A stretch of 58,011 nucleotides of DNA, counting the filler, from Sphacelaria rigidula (taxonomy: Eukaryota), in the NCBI GenBank assembly GCA_964200075.2. It is 3 parts of 3 records of this genome, joined end to end, with 100 filler letters (N's around TTAATTAATTAA, not from the genome) between each part and the next. Parts side by side here need not be neighbours in the genome. Positions count along the whole stretch, not along the records: positions 19,375 to 38,647 come from CAXNAA020000701.1; positions 38,748 to 58,011 come from CAXNAA020000702.1; 1 more part is not named here. One strand, given 5' to 3'. How positions within the stretch are numbered: position 1 is the stretch's first letter; every line of letters starts with the position of its first letter. Under the pieces are notes generated by a model, which worked only from the letters and a program-made list of their open reading frames with translations, was not told where the DNA came from and ran no database searches. Shown here piece by piece: positions 36,930-49,869 of this stretch. The position numbers were made by a program, and so were the translations under genes.

Positions 36930-38647
36930 CTGATACATGGGTTTGCACCACGAAGACTCGCTATGGACATATGTGCATGCTTTTACATCAGCATTTCTGT
37001 GACGCGAGATCGATGTGTTTTGTTTATCTTGCGGCAACGGCCAACAAGCCCTATATTTTCAAGGCGGTCGATCCCAAGAAATACGCCCGTTCCCACTTGA
37101 ACGTAGCATGCTGTGCGCCAGCAGCAGCCGCAGGCCCGTCCTTTCAAAAAGTGCGATTCGTTTTCTAGTCGGCTTCAAGATGTGCACTTGTGGAGTCTGT
37201 TACGTGGCTGTGGCGCGTTTTCTCGCAGTGCACCGTTTATAGCGAAGCAAGAAAATTGTCGAGCGAGATCTTGATGGATTGAGCAGACGACTGACCCGCA
37301 CGCCGCACTGCATCGCCATGCATTTATTAGTCCACCGGAGTTCACCCGCCAGCTTACAGCTCTATGTGAACCTTCTCTCTGAGCCTCAGCCCTGAACCCC
37401 AAATATGGAGCGATAGAGCCATTCTGGTTCGGGTGAATCACACCGGCTACAGTACTGGCTCTCGAACCGTTCCTTTAGGTGCGTCGCATTCAACCGTACT
37501 GGCTCCTACCAGGCTGGTTGACTGCACGCCCGAGAATCTACGCACGAGATCCATGTCTGATACATAATCTGCAAACAAGATACATGCCTAGTATGTTTCC
37601 TGCCGATTTGGGCACCAGCAGATGCTGGAAGTATTCCAAGCAGGACTATTATTCCCGCGTCATGTATATTGCTGGCACGTAGCATAGAGTTCGTCACAAA
37701 AGCATCCCCGACTGTATTTTGTATTCCTCGCGAGTGGCTCCATTGTGGGCACATGTGAGAGAAGGTTTCGTCCCGAGTTCTCACTGCAAAACTCGCTTGA
37801 CATTTGTCGCCGAGACCAAACAGTTGAGCTGAGAGCAGCTTTGCACGTTACAAGTACCTCTACGTTCACACACAGAAAATACATATGCACGCCTCGAAGC
37901 CGCATTACTAAGCCTCCGATGGCAGAATCATGGGGGAAACACACCGACAGTACACCATTAGGAAGGAGGGCGGAATGACTGCTGCCGCAACGCATGCACT
38001 CGGTTTGTATGTAACAGTGGGTCGGAGTGTCCGCTCTTATTTCATGCTTGCCGTTGCATTATTTCATCCTGCTATCATGGTCACAGCGGCGGAAACATTG
38101 CGCGTCACGTGCCCGTACCACTGAACACCGTCACCATTGCGTTTTGGGAATACGACTTTGGCCCACTCAGTGCCGTGCTGCCATTCTCCGGCCAGTTGGG
38201 CGACGTTGGTGCTATCGCTGACGTCTCTCATGTTGGTGTGAACTTAACGCTTGTGAGTCGAGCACGAATCAGTCCGCTCCAAAACATGCAGTCAGCCGCG
38301 AGTAGTATGATCTGCTACTTGTATACCTGAGCTGCACTGAACTCTCCGCAAACTCGTACGACGCCGAACGAGTCTTGTACCGTATTTTCGCAGTATTTTC
38401 CTTCAGTATATGTGCAAGGATGTGCTTCGAATATTTACCAATTGTCGCCGTAAGTTGAAGGGTTTTTTTCTGCGTCCACTTCAAAGCCAAGCCAATGGCC
38501 GATATTCTGTAAACTAATTTCAGTATGGTTCAGATATCCCAAACCCTCATCTTCCGCTCATCCGTAATCCCCCCCCCCCTCCCTCCCCCCCCCCCCCACC
38601 CCCTCCACCCCCCCCCCCCCCCCCCCCCCCCACCCCCCCCTCCACCC

Positions 38648-38747
38648 NNNNNNNNNNNNNNNNNNNNNNNNNNNNNNNNNNNNNNNNNNNNTTAATTAAT
38701 TAANNNNNNNNNNNNNNNNNNNNNNNNNNNNNNNNNNNNNNNNNNNN
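38648..38747. other. Assembly gap with TTAATTAATTAA linker
   Basis: 44 N + TTAATTAATTAA + 44 N, preceded by a long poly(C) tract. Confidence 0.97.
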
Positions 38748-41308
38748 CGCCTCTGACACTTCGGGGCCGGAGGGGCAGAGGCGAACGTAACTCCACCGCT
38801 TGGAGGTGTCGGAGTATTTGTCCCCTCCGCCGCGGGCACTGGAGGCCGAGTGGTGGACCAGAAACTGTTTTGCAGCATCGATAAATAGTAACACGAAAGA
38901 GTTTCTCCAACCCGTCGATCTTCATGATACTGTATCGGTACCACCGAGCCCGCTGCTGCGAAGCCCTGAGCCTAATGTCGACCCTTCAGCGGGATCTCTT
39001 TGACTCTTAGTCGCTAACAGCATCATTCCCTTCCTCACAACTAAACAGTACAAAGGCGGCGACGGCTGTAGGGCTTGCTGGTCCCTCGCTGGCACCGCGC
39101 CACCTCCATCATCAGCATACGATGGTAACAATCCATCTTCAGCAGAAGCTACTCTTCCGTCGACCAAATCTGGCACATCGCAGCTGACCCCCCGCCGCGT
39201 CTTCAGCAAGTTGTTTACGATCCAAATCGTCCGCTGGGGTACCTAACTTGCCAGCGGCGGCGGCGGCGACGGCGACGGGCGTGACGCATGCAGGAGAACG
39301 AGGGGGATAGGAGAATGCAGCAGGTCGCGGGGCGCCCGTTGTGACCTCACTGCCTCGGTCGTACATCGAGGAACAGGGTGTCAAAGGATGTAGAGGGGCT
39401 GATACGACGGTTGGGGGAGATTTTCCCAGAACAGTACGATGCTCGACAAAAACGCGGAGTATCGATAACAATGCAGTGCCGACGGTCGTGAGGTACGCGG
39501 GAGAACAAGGAGGAAAGGTTGAAGCAGCAGGTCGCGGGGTGCCCGAGCGCACTATCGCTCAGTTCGTACATCGAGGAACAGAGTGTCAGAGGATGTGAAG
39601 GGACTGCTGCGTCAGTTGCAGGAACGTTTTCAAGAACACCAGGATGCTCGGTAAAGAGGCAGGGCAACGATGCCAATGCGGCGTGTGAGTGGCTACTCGG
39701 CAGCCCCGGCGCCTGGTCCTACACGGTTTCGCTTGTGGCGGCCAAGCCACAGCTCTTCATCGGAATACGCCAAGCCGTCGCGCAATCTACGTGTCAGTTT
39801 GGCACGGGTACCAATGCGTGGCAACCTTCACCATTCCAACCCGTGACACCTTTGGCACGTCCTATGAAGAAGCAACGTGCAAGTCAGCCACTCGTGACAC
39901 CTCTGACGGAGGGTGCAACTGCAGCCACTGAGGTACCGGGTGTAGCCGCACGCGCCGCGTCGAGCCCACCCGAGATGGCGGCAGCGACCACGTGAAGGAA
40001 AGGGCAGGCGTATCGGGTGGAGCGAGTGGAGTGGGGGCGGGAGGCGCACAAGGCATGACGACTCAGTCGAAACCTCCCATAAAGATACTTTCGGTAGGAG
40101 CACCTTCGACGACTCAGATGTTGCCACGCCCGGCTGGGGCGTGGGGAGCTGGCCCGATGGTAGAAGGTGTCGGGCCCGGATGCGGGGGCACGGTTGGGGC
40201 GGCGGCGTCATGAAGTTCAGCTTCGATACGGCCCCCACGAATGACTCCGCTATTGTCGTGGCCACCGGGATCCTTGGTGCTGGGGGTGCCTTGTGCGCCG
40301 CCTGAGGTGTAGGGGTTTCATTTGGTTGTGCCTGCGTTACAGGTTACGGAGTCAATAGTTGACGTACGGCGAGGCGGAGCAGGTACGACAGGGACACACC
40401 GGACGGGGGTGCCCGGGCCGAGGTCAACTGTGTCAAGGTTGCGAGGGGCGACGTTTCGTACAACAGAGACGGTGCTACTGGGAAGGGGCGACGGACGGGC
40501 CACAAAAGGTGGGAGTATGACGTGTACGAGATCCTCCTCCGCTGTCGTCGATATCGACGCTACTCCTGGACCTAACCTCGGCGACAAGCGGAAGTTACTG
40601 TGTGAAGGGGATATTCAAGGGATAGATCCAAGGGGAGCGAGGGGAGAACCCAACGCGCCTGCAGGCCCGACAGCTCCCGGAGGGACCGCTGCATCTCGGA
40701 CTAGAGCATGCGATGGTAGAGAGCTGGGGTCTGGTGGCGGTGGTGACCGCGGTGGTGGCGTCGGCGGCGCTAGCGCTGGCAGTAACAAGCAGCGGCGGAT
40801 AGGCAACATGACCTCACCCGGTTCCTGCAAGAACATCAAAGACAACAAATGCATCGACTTGACCGGAGACAAGCTACCGACGCCTTGGAAGCTACCGACA
40901 CCAGTCACCACGGTTCCGAGTCTCTTTGGTCCGCTGTCGCCAGTTTCTTCGGCCGGAACGTTGCCTTCAGCTATGGCACCGCCGGTATCAGCCGCTGTAC
41001 TACAAGACCAGGTGATTTGTTCGCAGGGAGAACCGATGTATAGGGGCGACACGGCACGCCAGTATGTTGAGGAAGCTTTGGTCGAAGGGTCAGCGATCTC
41101 CACGATCGCTGAAGTTGATATCGAATCGGACGAGTTGACTAAAGCGTTGAGGGTTTGGACTGACAGTCTAGACGATATTTGGTATTAACTCTTGACGCCG
41201 TTCAGATCATGGGTGGTAGAATCAGAGTCGTCGACGAGATGTGTGACGCGACAGCTCTGCAGAGAGCATTGCAACTGCAGGGAAAGTCACCACTGGCCAG
41301 GGAATGAC
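38748..41308 (+). pseudogene. Frameshifted GC-rich coding remnant (low-complexity protein, unknown family)
   Basis: Abutting plus-strand ORFs (38800, 39341, 39519, 39992, 40322-41188) with similar composition, including CIDLTGD and VVDID motifs; continues in another frame to 41308. Confidence 0.4.
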
Positions 41309-41390
41309 AATATTTTCCATTTCATATTCTCGCAGCGATTCGTGGCTTTTTACAATACCACTGAGCGGTTAAGCTTCAATGTGTGCGAAA

Positions 41391-42461
41391 ATATTCTGTT
41401 TGTACGTGGCGATTATCTCCCGGTGGCGGGTGGAATTGGCATCATTATTATTCTAGAGACCCACGGGTGGTATCGGTGCTCAGCGATTTCTCTTGTGCGT
41501 ATAGGAAGGGGACCTCCGTATTCCATTTGTCGTGCGGTCTATGTCCGCTCAAAAGTGAAAACTGGTATTTGTGGCGACTATAACCACGTTTGATTCGAAA
41601 GAACACTACAGCCGCGTGTTAATTTCTATGTTTAAGATTTCGGCTGCATGGGTTGGTTAGGTCGTTGTCCACGACGGAAAAGGACGGGAAACCGTACTTT
41701 ACCGAAAAACTGCCCTGTTGCATCGCCAACGGGTGAGGTATGATGTTGTAAAGATAATAACGAGAGTTCATGCGACTCATGGACGTCGAAGAAATGACCA
41801 AACCCCGTGGTGTTCACTTCGCCTTTACTTCAAGTCTGCAAAAGCAGAACCCTCGCACGGTGCAACACCAAGTGATGTGAGATGCTATGTTCAATATAGC
41901 TGTACAAGTAGTGAGTAGACATCATAAGTCGTATTCCGTTTGTACGTGGCGATTATCTCCCGTTGGCCGGGGAAATCGGTACTATTGTCATTATTGCAGA
42001 GATTCACGGATGGTAGCGGTGCGCAGCGATTTCCCCCGTGTGCATAGAAGGGGGACCTCCGTATTTATTGTTACGTGCGGTCTATGCCCGCTCAAAAGTG
42101 AAAACTGGTATTTGTCGTGTCAATGTGCACGTTAAAGTACAAGTCCACTACAGAGGCCCCTTAATTTTCATGTTTAAGATTTCGGCTGCATGGGAGGTTT
42201 AGGTCGTTGTCCACGACGGAAAAGGACGGGAAACCGTACTTTACCGAAAAACCGCGCCGTTGCATCGCCAACGGGTGAGGTATGATGTTGTAAAGATAAT
42301 AACGAGAGTTCATGCGACTCATGGACGTCGAAGAAATGACCAAACCCCCGTGGTGTTTACTTTGCAGTTAGTTCGAGACTGCAAAAGCAAAACCCTCGCA
42401 CGGTGCAACACCGAGTGATGTGAGATGCTATGTTCAATATAGCTGTACAAGTAGTGAGTAG
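41391..42461 (+). repeat. 540-bp tandem duplication (2 copies)
   Basis: TGTACGTGGCGATTATCTCCC at 41401 and 41941; GCTATGTTCAATATAGCTGTACAAGTAGTGAGTAG ends both units. Confidence 0.92.
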
Positions 42462-42485
42462 TAATGAGTCGCATAGCTATGTAGG

Positions 42486-45080
42486 CCACGGCTCAAACTA
42501 CAAAGTTAAACCTTTAGCTTGATCTCGAATGTCTGACTTGAAGCCACCCTTACTCTAGCAAGTTCACCAGAAGGCGCAACGTTAATGCTGAAGGTTCGAA
42601 AACGAAGGTGAATGTTTTACTCTTCACCTCAATCTTCACGCGATCCTCACAACTTGAAGTTGAACTTTCAGCAGTTGAAGAGTTATCTTCCGCTGTGAAA
42701 GCTTAACTTCTGCACTGTTTCCGTGATAAAGGCGGCTACTCCAGTTCTACTGCTGTACCTTGAGCCGGTAACATAACGGTGTTGGCTTTGATCTCACAAA
42801 TATGTATATCAAAACGTTGTCGAAAAAGCAAGGGTGACGACACACCGTCCTCACGAACGTTCCTTCCCTGCCCCCCTTGACCATTTCGAGGTATTCCCAG
42901 GGGACCATGAAACACGGTGCAGGGCCTGGAACGCTCCGTGTGTCTTCTAGTCAACACCCTCGAGAACCCTGACGTACTCGGTACCAGCGCATACCCTGGA
43001 AACCCCGGGAATTCTGACCACGGTACAGGCACCATTGGGTACCCAGTACCACAAGTACCCTGGAGACGCATGCGACCCTGGAACTCAGTACAGGTATCCT
43101 AGATCAGAACCAAGCAAAGAACACAGTGACCATCGGATCCATAAGTGCTGGGTAAGTCACGTTCAGGACTAGTATCCGTACCGTGTCGTGTCCAGCCCTG
43201 TGGTCGACCGCGGATGAGACACCCTCATCGTGGGCGCCTGGCCAGGCGTCACGCACACCACAGATTCCCCTCGCCTGGTTTGTGCAGTGGTGTTGATTTC
43301 TGTACCAGCATGCTTACCGGCCGGCAGGCCTGTATTGCGTCGGTCCCTGGACCACGACTAAGGTGATCAGAGCCAGTGAAGGCTTCACTTGCCCCAGCAC
43401 CTCCGAAGCCTACTTCTTTCGAACCGTTTTCCTCGGAGACTCACCGTCCCCCGCCTGCCCTCTACTACATCTTGTTCGTTCTTCTTATATCTCGCGCCGA
43501 AACTTTGTAAAACGTACTCAGCTGGTTTGTGAAATGTTCCAGTCCATCACTCAGTGTTCGTCCTTCGTTTCCTTCTGCGGTGAGATTACCACTAAGCGTT
43601 GCTGTGACATACATACTTGAGCGGCAAAAAGCAAGACTTCTCACACTATCATCGTTATACGTGTCTTTTTCACGTGTCCATGTTCCTGGATCGATGCTGA
43701 GATGGCCATGTGAGGATTTCACTCGTGCCGTCCGTCTCTGTGACGACCATGCAAAACTTGTGCCCGGTTGAAAGATGGCCACGTCGAGATTTCCACCTTC
43801 GCCGTTCACTCCAAAGGTGGTTATCGAGACGTCACATTAACTAACCACTGAGCTACTGAGCCACTCACTGCAGAATGAACACTGACCCACCGAGCCACTC
43901 AGTCAACGCCGACTTGGTGGCTCGTGGCTCAGTGGTGATTGTGACGCCTTCGCCAAAGGGAAACCCGGTGTCCAACCAAGCTGTCAAGCCTATGGATCGA
44001 ACTCCGTGTCTTCTCCCCAGGGTTGTCATCCCTGTAATCGACGCTGCTACCATGTGGGGTTCGTTGCGCTTGTTCTGGCTGTTCTTCCATCACACAGGAA
44101 CTCGGTCGAAGGCGATCGTGGGGAGAATCAAGCCCCGAGACTGGCTTTTGAGCGTCTGAGTGGCTCAGTGGTTATCGTGACGCTCCAACAAAACTCATCG
44201 CCGGTGTCCGTCCAAGCTGCTCAGCGTTTAGGTTGGACTCCCTTTTAGTCCCAGGGTTGTCATCCCTGTCATCCACGCTTTAAACCTATAGGGTTCGTTG
44301 TGCTCGTTCTGACCCATCTTTCATCACCGAGTATCTCGGCTGAAAACAACCGTGAGGGAGTGGTGCCACGGAGGGATGCATTAATTGAGCCGAAAATTGT
44401 CTGAGGTTGCATAATTTGATCCAGATGTTGCCCCTTGAAGGGTTTCGAAGGTGAAGAGCCTCAGAAGAAGTTTGTGCATCCGTACGGTGAGACCACTCCG
44501 GGAGAATCGAACCTTAGGGCTCGGTTTTGTTTAGACCTCACCACAGCCACTGAGCCACTGAGCCACTGATCCACTCAGTCAGCGATCTGTAGGCTCGACA
44601 GCTTGAACGGACAACGGAATGGACGTTTGTAAAGACGCCACGAAACCACTCAGCCACAAAGCCGCCCAGGCAGTGACCATGCGCACAATGTCTTGCGGGA
44701 GGGACGCTTATTGACATAAAACCCGAACTGTTCTTCTGAATGTTCAACGCCTTCCGGGCGGAACGTGTCTTTTCCGCTGACTGGGCGTCTGGATGTCTCA
44801 GTGGTTTTTGTAACGTCGCAACAGGGGTTCGATTTTTCTCGTGATCGTTCATAGTCGACTTCAAACCTTGTAGTAAAAGAAATTCCAGAATAAGCACAAC
44901 AACCCCTACATATTAGCAGCGTTGATTGCAAGGATGACAATCCTGTGGCGAAAAAGGGGCTTTAATCCATAGGCTTGACAACTTGGATAGACACCGGGAG
45001 TATCCTTTTGTTGAGACGTAACAATAACCGCTGGAGAGCCACTCACACACACACAGTCAACGCTGACTGGGTAGCTCAGC
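42486..45080 (+). repeat. Long composite repeat, left copy (inverted relative to 52480-54737)
   Basis: 42486-42826 matches the reverse complement of 54398-54737; 42828-42900 matches 53320-53392; 44465-44560 matches 52870-52947 plus 53298-53325; internal GTGGCTCAGTGG subrepeats. Confidence 0.75.
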
Positions 45081-47197
45081 GACTCAGGGGTTGTTGTTGT
45101 GTCTTATTAGTAACCGCGTGAGACTTAAGCCCAGTTCAGGGGTGGTCATGTCGAATTTTTCACCTTTGCCGTCCAATCCGAAGATAGCCGTGTGAGACTT
45201 GTCCCCGTTTCACGGATGGTCATGTCGGGGCTTGCCCTGCACGCGAAAAGCCGTATTGGTCAAGACGGACACTGCAAAGTGTGTATTCGATGGCTCTTCC
45301 AGAGCAGATGTTTCATCACGATCCATTTGATCGGAGAGAACTCGAAGCAGAGCAACAGTTGAGCACCAGTAGGGTGGCAGAGTGGAGGGGCAGGCCAGCC
45401 ACAAGCCCTGGTCTATCCTGGAAACTCAGGCCGTTGTCGCACAAAACCAATTCTTGCTAACATAACCGTCAATGATCGTCAAATCCCCATGTACTACTGC
45501 TACGAGGCTCCACTGATTACTCTGATCATACGAACAGCAAGGGCGTTGGCTGTGGTGTCACCTGTCTCATAGAGCTCGGAAATGGTTTGTCCAACCATTG
45601 ACCAATCAAATGGTACATAATGGTTCGGTCATCGAGCGGCGGAGCCGCAAGCCAAAAAGCCCCCCCCCGGCAAAGGGGGGCCCGCCGCAGACACCGTACC
45701 GGAGGCACGTTTTCACATAATTTGGCTTAGCGAGAGGTGGACAATACGCAAGATTCGGGCCAATTCTCAAGAGCAAAACCATGGCGTACTTGACTTGGAA
45801 TTTAGATTCTTAAAAAAGTAGCCCATTAAAAATGTTTACAATAATGAAGAGGACTGCCGCCGAATGTTGCGTATTGTCTATTGTAGCTGTGTGCCGTACG
45901 TCGCATACGTAGCCGGTAACGATAAATATTGGTTCGAAACCATTATCCAAAATTTACAGATAACCATTATCATTACAACCATTACAATGATAATGGCCAG
46001 TTATAACTGGTACAATTTCGGAGCTCTAATGGTTACACGTTTTCTTCGCACAGTTTGGTTTTCATGTTTGTCTCGTGAAGTGCTCGCCTGCTGGATGACA
46101 AACACGCCTTTCTCACACCAGCTACCCCGCATGTTCTGGTTCGACTTGAGTTACGTGAGGGCCATTAATATCGACACTGAGTTTTCGGAGATGTCAGAAA
46201 GTTATGCACTTGTCGAACGCTGCGTTCAGACTCCTCCAAAAACGAAGCATCTTCGTTTTTCTCCGAAGCTTCATTCGGAGTGCGACACAGCACTTCGGAG
46301 AGCTGCCCTGCGTGTACGCCGTGGTGCTAGCAACCATTCGAGACTCATCAGGTACCATACCAGCTCCGAACATTTTGGATATCTCCAGAAACGCAGTGTC
46401 GATGATGATGGGGATTACCACTCGACCAAATACGAACACGATGAATAAAAACTATTTGCCCCATCTCACGTGACCGCCCAGTCTGGGTTTGTCGCTCACT
46501 GAAGAGCTCAAGCGACAGAGACCAGAGCACCGGCACGATTCCGTCCAAGACTATATCCAGTAAAGCAGAGAGATCTATTACACAGCTCGGACGTAGGTGT
46601 GACAACAAAAGCTCACAAGTGACAGCCGTACGGTTCACTGCCCAGCTGCGCGGCAGACCATGTTGACAATCGAAGACAAACTCGAGATATCAAACAGAAA
46701 GGATGATGCTGGTGGGAGACCGCATGATGAGGGGCGAGAACTTCCTTGCACGGCGTTATCGTCTGCACTACTTGTCTCTACCACAGCGTCTCCCCCGTAG
46801 TATGGGCGTAGCGTATTATCGGAGTCTAACAATGGCAGTCAAGACAACGACAAGCTCATAAAGCCTAGGGAAGGCATCGCGGCGAGGGATATAAGGGGTG
46901 CCACAAATGGGGTGACTGAAGCGGAATCAAGTTCTTTCACGAGCTCTCGTCCGAGGTCCTTGCTGTCGGGTTACGGGCAAAGCTCACGGGTGGCATTGCG
47001 AGCAAGTGCTGCGCTGAAAAAAGATGTTGGGTCTACCCAAGCAAGCGGAGCTTCGTCGTCATCAGAAGAGCTGTCATCTACACTCGCGAGCAAAAAGCGT
47101 GGGCTGGAGGACGTACCCATAGATGGACATGATGCGAACATGGATGCCGCATCACAACATGAAAACAGAGGCAAGGACACTGAGGTGATTTGATATA

Positions 47198-47737
47198 CTT
47201 CCTCTGTCCCATTAGTAAAGGTACCTAAATTTGTACGGGCCCTTAACGATGTCCGATCGTTTTTCCTTTTTTTAATGAACTCTACGGTGTTTTTTGGGTT
47301 GAAAAAATGTGTTTAAAATTTGCAGCTCGTGCTTGAACCATGCCGCCGAACGGCTGGAAAAAAAGTAGTCGGTCCAAAAATGGCCGTTTTTTGCCCCTTT
47401 TCGAGGAGGAAAAAGTGTCGATTTTTTTTTTCGATTTCTTTTATCGCGTAGGATTTCCTCGTGGCAGTGAAGGCGGGGGCGATTAAAAATTACTCGAAAA
47501 AAAATTGTCACTTTTCTCCCTTCGAAAAGGGGCAACAAAACAAAAAGACGGCCTTTTTGGGCCGACTACTTTTTTTGCAGTCGCTCGGCGGCATGGTTCA
47601 AGCACGAGCTGCAAATTTTAAACACATATTTTTTAACCCAAAAAACATCGTAGAGTTCATTAAAAAATAAAAAAACGATCGGACATCGTTAAGGGCCCGT
47701 ACAAATTTAGGTACCTTTACTTACGGGAGAGAGGAAG
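47198..47737. mobile_element. Stowaway-like foldback MITE
   Basis: TA|CTTCCTCTGTCCC ... GGGAGAGAGGAAG|TA; arms of roughly 200-240 bp are near-perfect reverse complements. Confidence 0.88.
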
Positions 47738-49869
47738 TACGCAATCATTCAGGAGTCGATCAGGTTATTTTTTCTTACGTACAAACAAAAACACGGAAGT
47801 CATCCCCGGGGCACGCAGCTTAAAGAGTAAGGTAACACCGGCATGGGCATATGGGTTCGAGCATGCATGTGTAGTATTGGTCACTCAGGCTTCAAGAGGT
47901 TCGAGTGTGACCTGATTTTCTCAGGAGAGAAGCGAATCGACCATCCGGCGGTGTCTGTTGTCATACGATTAGTTTTTTCCTCTTCAAGAAAGGACGATGG
48001 GTCATATCGGCGACAAACAATCATCAGTCAAATGGATCTCATTGCCAGGAAGAAAAAAAGAAAACACACATCATTTTTTGTCCTTGTTCGGCGTTCCCTG
48101 GTTTGTGTGCTTGTACCTGCTCTACTGTACCGTGTACGTCCTTGGGCTTCGTCACTTCTGTAGCCTCCTTCTTTGTTATGCCTTTATCTCCCCATCTATC
48201 TTTCTCGCTCTGCTCATGCGTGTGCTCTGCGCTCTCGGTGTGTGCAAGTCAAAACTTGGTGTCTCGCTTCCGTAGGGTTCATATGTGACGAATCATGCCC
48301 AAAATGGTATGGCCAAAATAGATGAGCCGCAATCTGTCCCCACGTCGTTTTGTTACTTTTTCTCGGTTGGATACGAATGCGTATGCTGTTGCGCAACACC
48401 TTGTGCACCCAAAGCCATATTACAAAGACCGGTCCTTTTTTAGTTAAAATATATATATATATATATACATATTTGAGTTGATTTGTTTTGTTTATTTTAT
48501 TTGCTTCAGCCTACTCTTTGTGCCTCTTCCACCTTTCTGCTTTTTTCTTCTCACGTTCCTTCAGCGAGTGTTTTCGTTTCGTCTCATGTCGTCGGGTACA
48601 TCTATCGTCCATCATGTGACCATGGCTGGACCAGTGGGGGATCTATGTTTGTGCGACAATCAATCAAATATGTTCATCAGTGAATCAACCAACCAACATC
48701 AGGGAAATGAGGCCTCCAAATCGTTGAGTCACCTCTCTCCTCAAAAATTGCAGGGTCAAACTCTCATACCTCGAGCGACAAATCACCAGAGCTACTGTTC
48801 TGGTCTCATCCGAGAGGGCTAGCTCCTAGCGGTGTTTGGTGCATGATGTCTCAACAAGTGGTCTCAAGTCGTCTAATGTTATCTGTTTATACGGCGTGTG
48901 AAGTCAGGAGTCCGACTCAAAGCAGCACCAGGAACAAATACGGCGCCGCCCACTAATGGTAGTCGCCTGTTGCTGGCGACCGCAAGGAGGAAGAGAAGAA
49001 TGAACACTAGAAACCCAGAATAGAAACATCTGCAAAGTCATCGCCAACACGTTGGGAAGACATCCGTCGCTACTGCGTGTCTTCCTAATATGGAACAAGG
49101 AAATAGAGAAAGTTTTCCACAGATGTCTCTCTCCGGAGACAGGGCTTTTAACGCTGTGTCCGAAATTCGGAACAATCACCCCTACCCCGAGAAAGGTGTA
49201 CCTACTATGCGGTGTGTGGCAGAATGGAAAACTGTCTTACACGGATCACACGTGGAAACGATCGATGCCCTCACCTCTTCCTGCATAGTTATCTATCGAA
49301 GGATATGACGATGTCAACATTTCATACTGAGTTTAATATATTTCACCAAATGTACTAAATGCGGATTTAGGGGCTAGGTTTCGATAATTGCACTTTGGAA
49401 TTCGGTATGGAGAATCCCAAGGGCATGATGAACAGAGTGACGGCAAGACATTGAGATTTCTGTTTTTGCTTCATGGCTTGTGCACGTTTATGTTAAACAT
49501 GGATCTTAATTTCTCTTCTGACGTAGGCGGGAGCGGGGCGAATATCAATGTCTGGCTGTAACTATTGTCTTGCTTGCCTTTGCGATTCTCCATACCATGT
49601 TCGAAAGAACAGTCCTCGAAAACGAGCAGTTCAATCGACTACAATGCTCAGATTCTGTTCCAGGCTGGCTCCATTTGCACTCGCTTTCGCACGCATTGGA
49701 CAACGGAAATATCGCACATTCAATCGAAAAGGCACGAGGAATTTTATTCGTTGGGGGATCAAAGATCTTCACCCATCATAACACTCTTTCGGATGTACCA
49801 GTCAGATCACCGGGGGGCGACGGCCAATCTCTTCACACCAGGACTTTTCTCGGAACGTTACAACGCAGC

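Noticed and set aside
37240-38500. Possible upstream DUF924 exons (LKERFE, LAGELRW, near-LDQFS fragments)
   Set aside because: The fragments are separated by stops or frame changes and lack consistent splice sites; the real 5' exons may lie in or beyond the gap.
43810-45080. CRISPR-like repeat array
   Set aside because: Eukaryotic context; the units are long and degenerate with homologous rather than unique spacers; no cas genes.
45864-47193. 194-aa ORF and downstream short plus-strand ORFs as a gene
   Set aside because: No recognisable domain or coherent exon chain; at most a decayed coding remnant.
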